Source of the DNA: Penicillus capitatus
Lineage: Eukaryota > Plantae > Chlorophyta
NCBI GenBank assembly: GCA_965649825.1
Contig: OZ287708.1
Coordinates: 515,411 to 579,410, forward strand
Length of the DNA: 64,000 nt
Reading direction: 5' to 3'
Part shown: in pieces, positions 13,237 to 26,947 of the stretch
Numbering within the stretch: position 1 is the stretch's first letter
How the letters are laid out: each line of letters begins with the position of its first letter
Position numbers and translations under genes: made by a program
Notes under the pieces: generated by a model
What the model was told of the DNA's origin: nothing
The model's database searches: none
What the model saw: only the letters and a program-made list of their open reading frames with translations

Positions 13237-13775
13237 CTACAGATTGCTGTTATCTATGTGATTGAAAACAGTTTTCACGTGTTTAACAATTTTTAACTGC
13301 CGAAAGAACGAGCTGAGTCCAGTTTCGCGATTTACGAAAAATCGATATAGAGAGCGAAAAGGGAAAGCTGCAGAACGTTTCTGGAAATACGGCATCAAGC
13401 CGCCAAGAACTCTCGACTGTTTGGCATCCTTTTTTCTCTGAGAATGAAGAGTCATCACGCAACCCGAGCCACAAGTTTGGTGAACTTAAGACCCATGTAC
13501 ACCAGATTCTCCGGCCGACCAGGGATCTCTGCTGGACTCGTGCTCGTGCCTCCCCTCCCTTTGAATCCTCTTCCTCTCAACCAGATAGATGAACGGAGAA
13601 CGAGATGTCTCCGTCTTTTCCACAGGCACTTCTAACAGACAAGACACAAGACAAAGGGCCCTTTGCTAAGCAGCTCACTCGTTTCGTCTTCGGCCTCATC
13701 CACAGATTCAAAGATCTCGTCTGTGGATGTGTCCTCATTCGCAGCGACGACGTTCCTCTCCGAGAAACTTGCCAT
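13237..13775 (-). CDS. hypothetical protein, spliced; model uncertain
   Basis: Acidic exon MASFSERNVVAANEDTSTDEIFESVDEAEDET followed by GTGAG donor and TTAG acceptor; terminal ORF ends 7 nt from the LIG1 stop. Confidence 0.35.
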
Positions 13776-14256
13776 CTATCTCCACGAATGATTGCTGTGG
13801 CAACTTGCCCTGTTCTTGAGGGACGACACCAAACCTATCAGTCGAAACTGCATCAAGCTCAGTTGTGTACATCGATGTGCGGTCGTTGGTATCGAGCTGC
13901 TCTCATGCTGGCTGCCGTGAACCCGACATCCGATTCGACGATTCTCACGCCGAGAGAGACGATTCAATCGATCGCTGCGCGCCTGGATCCGATATGTATC
14001 CCATCCCGTCTCTGTCAGAGTGCTGTCTGGATCTTGTGTTCAGACGATTCTCTCATCAGCTGTCAATCGATTTTGTTGAGACGAACACGAGGGCGGCAGC
14101 AGCACTCTAGATCCACGAAGTAACTCCTGTGATATTCAGGCAAAGTGTCAGATTTTTGGCATTCAGTCAGGAGTCTTTATCATCGGAACCAAGATGGACA
14201 TCTCGAAATCCGGCATAACTGTCCTGTCATCAGATTTGTTGCTGGACGCATCTGCG

Positions 14257-14871
14257 ATGCGTGTGATTACGTCGCAGAAAACAACACGTCTGTCACAAAG
14301 AAATCATGGTATCGCGCGTGTCCAACACCGAATTCCTCAAGTCCGACGACGTCGTGTCATCTCAGCCACAAGCCAAGGCTCTGTCCGCCTCCCTCTTCCG
14401 AAAACCTCATCAGCGTGTGCACATTCGGCACAGGCGCAGGTCTTCCTTCCGAATTTAAATCGGCGCTCGACAATCTGATCACCAGTCACAAGATCGTCGT
14501 GTTCATGAAAGGAACAAAGCAATTCCCTCAATGCGGATTTTCTCACACAGTCGTACAGGTATCATCTATGTCATCGTATGGCACACGCACTTAGAGATGC
14601 AATTCCTTAAAGATCTTGAACACACTTGAAGCGCCCTTTGAGGCTGTCGATATCTTAGAGACCGAAGTGCTGCGTCAAGGAATGAAGGAGTACTCCCAGT
14701 GGCCGACGTTTCCCCAAGTCTACATCGATGGCGAATTCTATGGAGGATGCGATATCATGATCGGTACCCTCGTCGATCACACTGCTGCATCGCGCAATGG
14801 GTGTGTGCTGTATAGAGTCCTATCAGTCCGGATCTCTGCAGGAGACGATTGAGAAAACAATGAATTCTTGA
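14257..14871 (+). CDS. plastid monothiol CGFS glutaredoxin (GRXS14-like)
   Basis: Transit-like N-terminus; VVFMKGTKQFPQCGFS, WPTFPQVYIDGEFYGGCDI, ESYQSGSLQE..NS*. Confidence 0.93.
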
Positions 14872-14898
14872 TTCTTGCTGAAGGGGGCAATTGTATTG

Positions 14899-17006
14899 TT
14901 TACAGAGAAGGCATCAGAGTGAAATCAAACACTTCAATTTGATACGTGTTGGGACTCTGTTGCTCGTGTGTCTTCGGTCGAAGAATCTCTTTGCAATATC
15001 CAGCCGTCGTCACCAAAAGCTTCGTGTCCTTTTGCAGCCACTCCATAACCTTCTGCATTTCGGCAAGCATCTAAACAGAAGACAGTATGCGTCAACAGCA
15101 GATAAGAGATCCTGCGTCATGGAACTTGATGCAGTGAAGTGTCAGACAGGATGGTTGCCGTGTGGAAGGTGAGGATGGTAGAGAGCCAGTCAATAATGTT
15201 CTGCATCGAAGGAAGGCGCCGAATACCTTCGACAGATTCGATCGCCGACGGTGCAACCATCTCTGCGTACAGGATGCGAAACCACTTCTGCAGATAAAGC
15301 ATGATGCATCTCAGCTGCGGTCGATCGAGCATTTCCAAAGGAGACTGCAGTTCCGAGCGATCCATAGGACAGGCGACAACGCTGTGCAACAGAATCTCCA
15401 TCATGCTGAAACGCTGAACAGCTGCGATGTGCCATTTGAGCCGCTCATACTCGTCCTTCGGCACATCTTCCATAGTCTCTACATCCTCGAGGGTGCGACG
15501 AAGAGATGCGTGTATTCGATCCAGAGCATTCGCCTGAGCTGTCAGTCCTTGTGGCTTTATGCTATGATGCAGTACTTCAGGCAGAAGATGTGACATCTGA
15601 TCCGAATGTATTTCCTCGACGTTTGCCAGAAGCATGGCGAATAAATCAAACTGATGTGCCTCAAGGAGTCTCGTGGGTAAGTGTGGACAAGAGTTCAGCG
15701 ATCTGGGTGGCGCAATAGAGAAGAGATCTCTGAGGAATGTCCAGTTGTGACTGCATGTCGATATCCACTCCGACGTTATCCCAGGTATATCCAGCAGCAG
15801 AACTGTTTGACTGTCCTTCCATTCCTTCAGCAGATGCATCACCTCATCTGCCAGATCGATCCGATATTGCTGCACCTCGAGAGCCTCGTGCAGATTCTTC
15901 ACACATTTCATCATACGTTTATCGAAGCTCTCCACGTCGGGCGAGATCTTTCCATTCATTTCTTGCCCAATCCGACAGATCTTTTTCAGAGTTCTGCGTG
16001 TCAGACGGCTCTTTTTCCGTGCTTTTGGCGCATTGAGATGCTGACTCCACTCTGGATGCTGCAAGATGGCATCGACTTCCGCCGTATTCTCAGCAGCATC
16101 CCCGTCATGCATTTCTGTCGTTTCGCTCATCTTTCGTTTTCGGCTCTTGATTCCAATACGCGTTGCCAATGTAGTCGGCGTCAGTTTCATTCGATGCACG
16201 CCGCCTTTCTGTTCTTCTCCCACAAAGAGGCAAAACATTCCACTGGTCGAGAAATCGGGCACCATTTTGAGAGGAGCATCCACAATGCACAACGGATCCA
16301 AGATTCCGCTCTCCCGTACAACACCGGCCGCCACGTCCAACACCACATACTTCAATTTCAACGTTTCCGATTGAGGACCCATGATGCAGATCACCCCAGG
16401 GACGTTGAGATGAGAACAAACAGACAGTCCTCCTGCCAATTTTCGCAAATCCTCTGTCCCGGCTCTTCTCTTCATCGCCAGAAAATCGAAACCATTCAGT
16501 TTGTACGTTCGGGATAAGACAAGTCCAGCTTGCGCTTTCTTGGGTGGAGTGTAGTAATGCACATCTCCTTCAGACCATACCGCACACACAGCGGCACCGA
16601 GGTGCGCCACGCCACAGAGACAGCTCGAAGGATCAGGTGATGCCAGAGGCGCCGCACCAATGGGGATCATCTTCGCATGCTGCGCTCTGAGAAAATGCGC
16701 CATGTATTGACACGATGCCGCACACCATAGGACCAGACAGAGCTCAGCTTGGTGAACAGCAAGGGCACTCAAGATCGCCTCTTTCGAATCGTCCTCGTCG
16801 ACGAGATGCACAGAGGAGTGGATCGTGTGAATGCGTGGACTGACACAAGAGATGTTGCCGTCGGCCTCGACGGACACAACGAATCGCTCACCAGAGGAGC
16901 TGTGAATGGGGACGAATGCAATGGGCGGCGTATCGAATCGGTGCAGTGGAAAGGAGACCATATCTTCGACGGTCGCGGCATCCCAGACATGAAAACGGTG
17001 CGACAT
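14899..17006 (-). CDS. NOL11/Utp8-like nucleolar protein; 5' end uncertain
   Basis: 629-aa ORF plus spliced last exon; C-terminal [18 protein letters not shown] and YQIEVFDF resemble the NOL11 C-terminus (from memory). Confidence 0.6.
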
Positions 17007-17155
17007 TTCGATGCGAACGCAGGCGGCGATGTCGATTGAATGCGTCAGATGTGCTGATCGACGTTATGAGCAGGCCATGCGACCTGTCCCTTAGAGGTGT
17101 CCCCTCCGTCAAATGGACTTCGACTTCGAAGGCACGTTTGTCTGTGTGCCTCGCC

Positions 17156-18291
17156 ATGCAGCAGCGTTCTTCGATCGTGTCGTGTGGTCGGGTTAGTATC
17201 CCAACGCGCCGTTTCCAACGAACAGTGTCTCTTCGTGGGAAACGATGTCCGTCACGACGTGCGTTAGTGCGCCCGTCGGCGAAGAAGACGCATTTGCCGG
17301 ATATCTCACTTACTCCTCAGCAAGCCGCGCATCTCATTCAATCAGATCCCGTTAAGAATCGACCGGGTTGCGTCTACCTTGTCGGAACGGGCCCAGGGGA
17401 TCCCAGTCTACTTACCCTCGCCGCCTATCAGCTTCTGCAAACCGTCGACGTCGTTTTATATGACAGGCACGACCTAACAAGCGAAAGATGTAGTCCATGA
17501 TATACTTACCTGCAGTGTTCTGCAGATTGGTCTCCAGCGAGATCTTGGAAATGATCCACAACGGCGCCAGAATGGTGTATGTCGGCAAACAGAGTAGTTT
17601 TCATACGAGGACTCAGACCGAGATTCACGAACTGATGTCCATCTTTGCCGAAGCTGGATCCTCTGTCGTCCGACTGAAGGGCGGGGATCCTTACATCTTT
17701 GGCAGAGGAGGTGAAGAAATGCAGTATCTCCAAGAACGCGGTATCGCAGTACAGTGCATCCCTGGTATCACAGCTGCTTCGGGCATCGCAGCAGAGCTCG
17801 GCATTCCTCTGACGTATCGAGGTCTGGCAACGAGTGTGCGCTTTCTGACTGGACATTCGAGGGAAGGAGGCGAGAAGGAACTCGAACAGACAATGGGAAA
17901 GGCACTGGATCCTCTTGCCACACTAGTGATCTATATGGGACTCCAAACACTGCCTCTCACCATACAAGGCATGATACAGAATGGCCAGGATTCACAAACA
18001 CCGTCCGTTGCAGTACGGATCCTCCGAGAGATGGCTGGTGCGATTCTTGGTTGTTAGGTGGAGCGTGGCACCACGGATGAGCAAAGGAGTGTCTTCTCGG
18101 AGCTGAGCCTGTTGCCAGATGCCGTTGAGAGGGCACAATTGAAATCGCCGACGCTGCTCATTATCGGTGAAGTGGTGTCTCTGAGCGAGGGCTGGCAAAA
18201 GTACAGAGATGGCGGAGAATCGCTTCAGGAAGGTCGAATGCATGCGCAGCTCATGCCTTGTTTACCTCTCCATTCCCCCACTCCCCTCTAA
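17156..18291 (+). CDS. UPM1: uroporphyrinogen-III C-methyltransferase, plastid-targeted
   Basis: [17 protein letters not shown]|[34 protein letters not shown]; intron 1 is GC-AG (17467-17525). Confidence 0.95.
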
Positions 18292-18460
18292 CACCATCCC
18301 GCAAAATCTTTGACTCGTGCATCAAGAATGCGTTGTCATGATTTACATGGAACTGGCCGAAAACCGAGACCGCTTGATTCCCACTCATAACATAGAATGT
18401 TAAGAAACAGCCAGAGTATCACTGGTGATGTGACTCGCAATGAAATGCAGTTCCATTGGT

Positions 18461-19898
18461 CTACGAATGCACGTATTCTGCAACGTCATCAAATGAGAAT
18501 CGATGAACCGATAGATCTGAAAGCAATTGAACAGTTACCACTCCTTTCTCACTCTTTCGGTTAAGGAGTTTCGCTTTGGAACCTTTCAGGTTGCCATGTA
18601 CAACAATGACGATCGAGCCCTCCTGACGAGGAACGACCGTTTCCAGAGAAGAGGCTTTGATGCATTCCTTTAATCTCTGGGAATCATCCAACAGAAGATT
18701 TGCAACACCAGGGCGCACAATATCCACAAGTACACCTTTCTTCAGATAGCAATCACCCTTATCCAATCGCTTGTCAATAATCCGAACGCGGATTCCTGTC
18801 GTCAGCCACTGTGCTTGAGCATCTACCCCATCCTCCTCGTTCTGGACACCGACCACTACACAGTCAGATGTCAAACAGGTATGCCTAACCTTAGGCACGG
18901 CATCGCTGGTCTTCTGCTTCTTGCTTCGACGAGTGGATTCCTCTGTGGTGTTTGCATCGCGGAGGTCATTCAGAGGCACAGAGACTTCCTCTTCATTGGG
19001 CAAACGCACCAACACATCGCCTAGAAGACCGTATAGCCTCATCGATCATCCCATCTGCTGCCACGGCACCTTCGTTGTTCGGAGACTGGACAACGACGCA
19101 GGGAAATCCCCTGTGTTGGCCAGATGTGATTTTTCTCTTGTCTCCGACACGGATACCCGCTTCTTCGTAAGGCACCAGTTTCTCATCCAAGGTCCGTACA
19201 TGACGAACTTTTCCATCTGTACCCATCGGCAACACCATGGCAGGACCACGTTTTTTCTTGGCAGGGTGATTTGGAGCTGCCCCCAATCCCAGTCTAGACG
19301 CTCTGGGGACAAACTCAATGGCCTCTACTGGTTTTTTGTCTTTGTTCTTTCCGAGGACCTCACCCTCCTTCCAGTCCATTCCTCTGAGCATCGCTAATCC
19401 AAATGCTTCCACTGGCATCCGTTCATAAGCAGAGGCATCTGCTTCATCAGGCAAAGCCTCGATTTCAGCACGGAAAGTCTCTAGACTCTCCTTATCCGTA
19501 TCCACATTGCCACCTGCTGTAATTTCATGGACGAATTCCAGATCGGTGGCATCTGATAGAAGGCCTTGACGTGACTGCTGCAGTCCATACTGCACCGCTT
19601 CTGTTTTCTGTCCATCATCTTGTGCCGCTTCGAAGCGTTCGGACGATGAAAGTTGCTCTTTTGTGGTAAGAGCCGTCGGGACAAACCTCGGGACGAAAGC
19701 GGGGCCTCCAGTCAGTCGAAAGCGATTGGCCTGTTTGGGAATCACGAGCTCTTCGGTTTCACGAGGTGGCGCCTCCTCCTCGCCAAAGCGCGATATGAAT
19801 TCCTTCCCGACAGACGGCGCCTCTGGGCGCTTTATCGCATGGTGGTTTTTGAATGTCCGTTTGAATCCAAAGCTCAAAGGTTCTCCGGAGAGCGACAT
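18461..19898 (-). CDS. G-patch and KOW spliceosomal protein (GPKOW/Spp2/MOS2-like)
   Basis: YERMPVEAFGLAMLRGMDWKEGEVLG..LGLGA G-patch; WLTTGIRVRIID..KKG; LETVVP KOW. Confidence 0.9.
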
Positions 19899-19902
19899 TT
19901 TT

Positions 19903-19942
19903 AACGAACGAACACACTAACGAACGAACGAACGAACGAACA
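19903..19942. repeat. (AACG)n microsatellite, interrupted, just upstream of GPKOW
   Basis: AACGAACGAAC..AACGAACGAACGAACGAACGAAC. Confidence 0.8.
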
Positions 19943-20181
19943 ACACATAGATACATGCATGCATAATGTACCTGCTTGCGAACAAACATACACATCAGCT
20001 GGGGCACCGTGACATTCAGACAGCTTAATTTGCTGCGCTCGTTGTCAGGTGGGAGAGGGAGACGAACCGAATACCATTTTGAAAAGAACAACGTGTGTTT
20101 AGGCGTTTGTCGACGCGTCGGATCGGTATTCGTATGTCTATGCGCTGTCTTGGCTCGTCGACCACAATAAACCGCGCAGAA

Positions 20182-21634
20182 ATGGGCGCCAACGAGGAAC
20201 TGACCAACTTGCTCAATGCCCCTAACAGAGAAGACTTCTGGATATCGATGGACGTGGATGCCACGTATCATGTAGATGCGCCGTGGCACGCGGTGCGTGA
20301 GACAATGCCGCCGTTCGATTCGTCGAAGAAAACCGCGTTGCAGCACGGACACTTTGTCGACGTCAGCAGTCCGACCACACCCTCTTTCAGCACCGCCGAC
20401 CAGCTCTATGCGTTTGGAGTAAGTCATCGCGATGCGCGATGAGCGAGTTGTTCTCAACCGACGCTGTTATCCTGTACAGGATGCGAGTCTTAACGGGTCG
20501 GACGCCTTCGGCCAGAACTTCTTGCCGGACGCGGTGCTCGAAGCTGTTCCCGAGACGAACACTCTCGCAGAAGGGTGTGTCTTGAGCATGGAGAATTCTG
20601 TATATCATCGCCTTTGCAGTCTCCCTCCTTCCGCTTACCACCGATGCAGTTCTCGGCCTCTCTATGCCGATGTCGAGTATGATGTGACCGCTTCGGCTCA
20701 ACCCTCAACCGGCCATGAGTCAGAATCAACAAATTCCAGCTTGGAAACAACCTTCCAGCTCCCAGAGAATTTCATCGCACAAGTCTGTCTGCCTTGACAT
20801 GGGAATGTCATGATGTGACAGATGGTACTGCCTAGGAGAGGTCGGGATCCCTGTGCAGAATCTCGAATCACCCACCCGCCAACATCTCCCTCTCGACGAT
20901 GACATCCCCCGTGATTTCTTCACTCTTCGATATCAAAATTCCCGAGTCATCACAACTAACCTCGACCATCCGAAATGTCAAGGTATCTCTGATGGAAAGC
21001 ATCTATTTATCCATATACTGATGATGTGTGTGTGTAGATGGAGTGCGAAAGTCTTCCTACGATGATGGTGCGTCCATCACATACTTTGCCTCAGATGACA
21101 CCCCCAATCTTGCCAAAGCTCTGTGCTAATGGACCTGCTCTGTCCTTTCCGTCAGCTCGACTTTTAGATTCCACAGCATGGGAATCGGATCCAGTGGGAA
21201 GTGTATTCGGAAGAAGTTTGGCACATTCTTCTGAGCCAAAGTGCGACGACCGTTCATCTTTGCACAAATCGCATAGCACACCCACGATTTCGTGCATCTC
21301 GCGTAGTCCAGCAACAGGGTGCAACCTTTTTTGCAACACAAATCTCGGCACAATCAGCAGGCGTCCGAAGAAACCCTATATTGGGAAGCTAACACCTGAG
21401 GAAAGGCAATTGAAGATTATGCGATATAGGCAAAAGAGAAATCAACGAAAATTTGATCGAGGTGTCACCTATCAATGTCGCAAGACACTGGCAGACAGGC
21501 GTCCTCGTGTCAGAGGAAGATTTGCTCGCAATAATGACATCCACGCGACCTTCCCAAAGAATAATCACTCTGCGTCAGAGGTGAAGCCATCCTGTCGCCA
21601 TTCTTCTTCGATGCCAAAAGCAGATGTCTACTAG
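20182..21634 (+). CDS. CCT-motif family protein
   Basis: ERQLKIMRYRQKRNQRKFDRGVTYQCRKTLADRRPRVRGRFAR; three upstream exons joined by GT-AG introns. Confidence 0.88.
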
Positions 21635-21721
21635 GAGGGAACGGACACTCCTCAAAGACCATCGTCATTCTAGAGTGTGTAAAGCTTGCTTGAGTGAAGC
21701 TGTCTTTCGTTATGATCGTCA

Positions 21722-21780
21722 TTGTTGTTGTTGTTGTTGATGTCGTCGTTTGTTGATGAATTGTCGTCGTTTGTTTGTTA
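21722..21780. repeat. (GTT/GTC)n simple repeat in 3' UTR
   Basis: ttgttgttgttgttgttgatgtcgtcgtttgttg.. Confidence 0.7.
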
Positions 21781-22274
21781 TTATTGTGATCCTCTCAAAT
21801 ACTTTTCTCCCTCTTGATATGTGATGCATTCCTGATCAGCGTGGGTTGACGGAACATGTTATAGTGTCGAGATGGGTGTTAGAGGCTGTAGTTGCATAGA
21901 CTGTCGTCTGCATTGCTTCACTTAATTCATTGGTGATGAATTGCTTTTTTCGCGATGGAACGTCGCTATTGGGTAAATAAAAGCACGGGTCTGGCCTGGA
22001 ATCTTATACGAATAAGGCATTCGTTTGTCCTTGAACTAGCGGTCCCGTCGTCCTTAGTTATTGACGGATTCTGTGATCTGGGTGTGTTTTTAGTCATGAC
22101 TACAATATCAAACACATCTTGACAATTCGGTCCCTTTGCAAAAGATGTGAAAGACTTGGCTGCGCATGACTGTAACACCAGAAGTTCATCTGAGATCGAC
22201 GACAAGAACACACAAACACACGCTATCATCGCCTTAGCCCGCGCACACACGACTCAAACAACATCCATGTCTCT

Positions 22275-24019
22275 CTACAGCAAAGCAGCCGACTCCATGC
22301 GAAGAGCCTCCGTCAGTTTGGAACCCAAATCCGCATCACACTTGGACCAATAGCTCAACCAAATCCTGATGCGTAACGGTGAGGGGATAGTATACGAGAG
22401 CGCGTGAGGATAGGCATACCTTCGAATCTCCTTGGTTGTGCGAGGATGCAGCAACATTTGCAAAAAGCGCTGCCGGAAACGTTCTTGACGAGCAGCGTCC
22501 CAACTTCGGTATCGATCCCCAGGCTGCGTGAAATTGTCCTCTTTCTCAATGATCACTTTCTCACGAACGCCTGTAACATTCATCTTCGATGTCGGGTAGG
22601 CAGCTGCATGGCGTGCAACATCGTGTCTAGTAGACATGACCGAGCATCAGCCGAGAGAATAAGCATAGAGATGCTGACCTCGATGGAAAATAGTTCACCT
22701 CTTCTGTCCTTTTCATGAAATTCATCGCCCCATCGTGGTGATTATTGTGAAAGGGACACTTTGGTGCATTGACAGGAAGCATCAGATAATTGGCCCCCAA
22801 TCGGTAGCGCTGTGTATCGGCATAGGAAAAGACACGTGTCTGAAGGAGCTTGTCCTCTGAGTAGGTTACACCAGGAACCACCAGTGCCGGACAGAACGCC
22901 AAGGACTCATTCTCATTGAAAAAGTTGTCGACGTTCTGATTGAGCACCATGCGACCGACGGGCTGCAATGGAAAGAGATGTTCTGGCCAAATCTTCGTCA
23001 CATCGAGAGGATCAAAGGTAAACTTGTGCTGATCTGCTGGATCCATCGTCTGAATCTTGAGTGTCCATTCGGGGTAATTCCCGGCAGCAATGCTCTCATA
23101 GAGATCCTGCGTGGCATGACTGTGATTCTTTCCACCCACTTGAACTGCCAAATCGTCTGCGAGGCATTTCACTCCACATGTAGGTATCCAATGGAACTTG
23201 ACGTAGGTCTCCCGTCCTGCTTTGTTGACCAGCTTGAAGGCATGGACGCCGAATCCTTCCATAAATCGATAGTTGGCAGGGATCCCGACATCGTCCAGCA
23301 GAAAGGTGAACTGAGCAGAAGGGACAAAGATGGGAAGCCGGTATATGGCGAGAGATAGACCTCACCATGTGCAGACTCTCTGGATGGTGTGAGAAAAAAT
23401 CCAAAATCCGCCAGTCCTGCACAGACAACCATCGACACTGCGTTTGACAAATCTCAAAATCACACTTCCTGAATGTGTGAGACAGGATTGGGCTTCAATG
23501 CGTGGACCATGTCTGGGAACTTGATTCCATCGCGAATGAAAAACACCTGTATGATCACACAAGCATACACAGGCGCCTTTGATATCTGACAGTTACTGGG
23601 AAGTTGTTCCCAACGAGATCGAAATTTCCTTCCCTGGTATAAAACTTGACGGCAAACCCGCGCGGGTCACGTATTGTCTCCGGTGAGCCTCGTTCATGAA
23701 TCACCGTAGAAAAACGTACAATCACAGGCGTCTGGACGCCAGCGGCTCGCAAGAAGTCCGCACATGTCAAGTGCGACACGTCGTGTGTCACTTCGAAAAA
23801 TCCCTTTGCACTGGCGCCTCTCGCATGGACGACGCGTTCAGGGATGCGTTCCCGATCGAACTGCGCGAGTTTCTCAAGGAGATGGTAATCCTCGACGAGG
23901 ATCGGCCCACGCTCGCCAACCGTCAGCGAGGCGTTGTTGTTCGAAACGGGCGCGCCGCTGTTCGTCGTCCAGTGTGTGGAATCGTAATGCGCATCGGGTC
24001 GCTGCTTCTCGTAATCCAT
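22275..24019 (-). CDS. CAT: heme catalase, plant type
   Basis: [58 protein letters not shown]. Confidence 0.97.
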
Positions 24020-24110
24020 GGAGTCAAAAGGGGGATGAAAGGCAGAGGGATGCCAGCGATGAGACCGACGGATGCCTGACGTCGGCTGATGAGGTGGCAT
24101 TGCCTCAAGA

Positions 24111-24998
24111 ATGATGAACGTTAAGGCGACGTTGGGCGTCATACGGTGCTCCAGGCCCATTGAGCCTCCTCGTCGCATAGGAAGACGACGAAGGTCGATC
24201 GATTGCAAAAAGGGCTTCTGTGCGGCAACACGGTGCTCAAGTGTGTTTGTGCGGTGCGGTGTGGATCCTCGGCATCTGCCAGATGTTCAACCTCCATGGG
24301 CTCTCACTTTCGATCTCCGCGAACGCGAGACGATCTGGACAGAGCAAAACAAAGTCTCTTGATCTTTAAGATCCTCTATCGACCTATGTGGAATCGCAGG
24401 CTCGGCTGGTGCAATTCATTGCGAGTGATCGACTGGGTATCCCTCGCGAAGAAATGAAAAAACGCATCAGAGAGTTGTCGATTCTGTTGCCAGATATGGG
24501 TGAGGCAGATGCTTCGATGTCTCCACTGTGAGACCCACCTGTCTTGTCATGAGTGTCGAGGTATTCCAGTATCCATCCTGATCTACTGGCAGAGATTCTC
24601 AAGAGCATCGATCGCGTGGCATTGACCATGATCGAATTAAAGAAAGCGTTTCCCAATACAAACGTCAGTGTCATGCTGGCGCGAAATCCTTCGCTTCTGC
24701 TGCAAAGTGTACCGTCGATTCTGGCACAGGCAGAACAAGTATACGCCCATCGCAAGGGTGATCAAAACGGGACGCTGTGTCAAATGTCTAGACAAAGGCT
24801 CTATTGGAAATTGACGTCCTGGATGAACTCATAGAGCAATACCCTCTGTTCTTGGATCCAACGGCTGTGGAAGAGGTTCTGAGCGACTTGCAGAGACTGG
24901 TTCCAGGAAATGCCAAACTGCATTTGGTTAAGAATCCATCGCTTCTACTGAGCACTGTCAAAGGAAAGAAGAGGTTGGGCGAACCAGCCGACATTTAA
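24111..24998 (+). CDS. uncharacterised protein, probably plastid-targeted
   Basis: R/S-rich N-terminus; spliced exons [19 protein letters not shown]|ARLVQF; repeated NPSLLL motif. Confidence 0.7.
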
Positions 24999-25045
24999 AA
25001 AGGCATTCCGATAGACTTATACTCACCTGCTTAGGCACTGCAGAT

Positions 25046-26202
25046 CTATTTTCTGTGCAGAGGCTTTGATGGTTTCTTTTGTCTACTGGATTTCTTTCGA
25101 CCGTAGTCGGAAGCTGTCTTCTTATTGTCACCCTGTGCTGTCCTATCATCTGTGCTGCCTCCCTGTCCATCATCTGTCCCTATCTCGATGTTCTCTTGTT
25201 TAGATCCGTTGTCTCTGCTTTCCGCCCTTTGCGATTCTTGTTCTTCGAGCGCCTGGGAGAAACCCTGAGCGCTAAAGCATGTCTCACACACAGGTATGTC
25301 ATGCCTTTTTGTGGAGATGGATCAGAATACTGCACGTTGGTTCTATTTCGAGTGCCTTCTCATAAGACAGTATCGCCTGACGATAAAGTCCCCTTTCGTA
25401 CTGTGCCAAGCCCAATCGAGCCCATCCCTTGGCCCAGGTCGGTTTAAGTGCCACCACCTTCTCTGCGTCTTTCATAGATTTTTCAAAGTCGCACAGCTGA
25501 ACGTACGCTGCAGCACGATTGCTGTAGAAGATCTCATTCCTGCAGCGACACACCAAAATCGCGGCACACATAACCAGAGAAAGGAAACCAGACTCTGGCT
25601 CTAGTTCAATGCATGTGGTATAGTGTTTAATCGCTGTCCACATGTCACCCTTTCTGAAAGCTATGTTGCCGTTCTCTTTACATATACTTGCCTTCTCCTT
25701 TACAGCCACAACAGGATGTCACACGTGTCATGTCAGAATGGACAGACTTCGTTTGTCATGGATGGATGGATTTCTTTCTCCTGTGCGAAACAGTATAGAT
25801 GATGCTGTTCTGTCCGATCGGGTGGAACCGTCCGACCCCTTTGAAGCCTGGCCACCTGTTGTCGACACGACGTGATGATGTGACAGGCACAGATCAACAA
25901 CACTTCTTATACCACTTGATCATGATTGAGGGTTTCGTGATCGCTCATAAAGGACTCCGACGATCCGCCGCCGCCGCGTCCGTATCCCCTAAGTTCCGCG
26001 AGTTCCATCAAGAACTTTGGTATGGGTCCTTCAGAGAAGCTCTCTGCGGAAAACCGAAGGGCAAACGAACAGATCCTGCACCTATAGCAGATTCGACGCT
26101 GGACACACTGACACGCGGATTGCCGGTTTGATCGACGATCGCGTCATCGATTTGACGTCCCACGTCCGACCCGAACAAAGATAAGGCAAACGGCGACGAC
26201 AT
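25046..26202 (-). CDS. TPR-repeat protein (STI1/SGTA-like TPR triad)
   Basis: KENGNIAFRKG..AIKHYT..FYSNRAAAY..KGWARLGLA..AILSYEKAL; N-terminal exons reconstructed, including a 38-nt intron. Confidence 0.85.
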
Positions 26203-26302
26203 CGCGAAAAGACGTCTGAAGGCAATAACCGAGCAAGACGAAGCGGACGAAGGTCAATGTCATTGCACGACAACGAATTTGATTCTATAGGTTCCATCGA
26301 AT

Positions 26303-26918
26303 ATGGCCGGTGCCAAACAGCGCCTTGTCCGCGTAAGTGAGCATTGTCGCCGGCCTTTCGACGACACCGTCTGTCTAGGAGCTTCGCGAACTCACTAAAG
26401 GCAAACAGGACGGTGGTATTCGTCTGGAGCCATGCGAATCAAATCTCTTTACGTGGTACGCCACGATTGAGGCAAGAACAGTTGATGTGACTGACGAGCT
26501 TCTGTGTTGAACAAGGAGTGATTATAGGGTCCGGCGGGAACACCCTTTGAGGGTGGCTCCTTCGATGTATCGATGATGATTCCGAGCCAGTATCCTCTTG
26601 TCCCGCCAACAGCAAAATTCAAGACGCGCATCTTCCACCCCAATGTGCATTTCAAAGTGCGACCTCTCATATCTATCCCTCGCATGGAGGGTCCTTTCTT
26701 GTGAGACGGGAGAGATCTGTTTGGACATCCTCAAGACGACATGGAGTCCAGCCTGGACCCTCCATGCTGTCTGTCAGGCAATCCTGGCCCTGCTTTCTGC
26801 TCCGGAGCCAGATTCTCCTCTCAATTGCGATGCCGGTAATCTATTGAGGATGCATGACGTTCGTGGATACAACTCTCTTGCCAAAATGTACACCATTGAA
26901 TATGCCACGCGGCGCTGA
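26303..26918 (+). CDS. PEX4: ubiquitin-conjugating enzyme E2, PEX4 type
   Basis: IFHPNVHFK|TGEICLDILK, DSPLNCDAGNLLR..RGYNSLAKMYT; intron 2 GC-AG (26472-26527). Confidence 0.9.
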
Positions 26919-26947
26919 TGCTTAAACAAAGAATGTACGACTCGGAA

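Noticed and set aside
13605-14123. 172-aa plus-strand ORF as a GIY-YIG domain of a GRXS16-type glutaredoxin
   Set aside because: No GIY-YIG motif; the glutaredoxin has its own transit peptide; splice signals favour a minus-strand gene
15681-16517. 278-aa plus-strand ORF
   Set aside because: Antisense shadow of the 629-aa minus-strand gene, with no motifs
17502-17512. ATACTTACCTG, identical to the U1 snRNA 5' end
   Set aside because: Downstream sequence is UPM1 intron and exon with no U1 stem-loops or Sm site; better read as an antisense donor or chance
22275-24019. Functional H2O2 cluster of oxidases, catalase and GPX
   Set aside because: Separated by many unrelated housekeeping genes; proximity is expected by chance in such a dense genome
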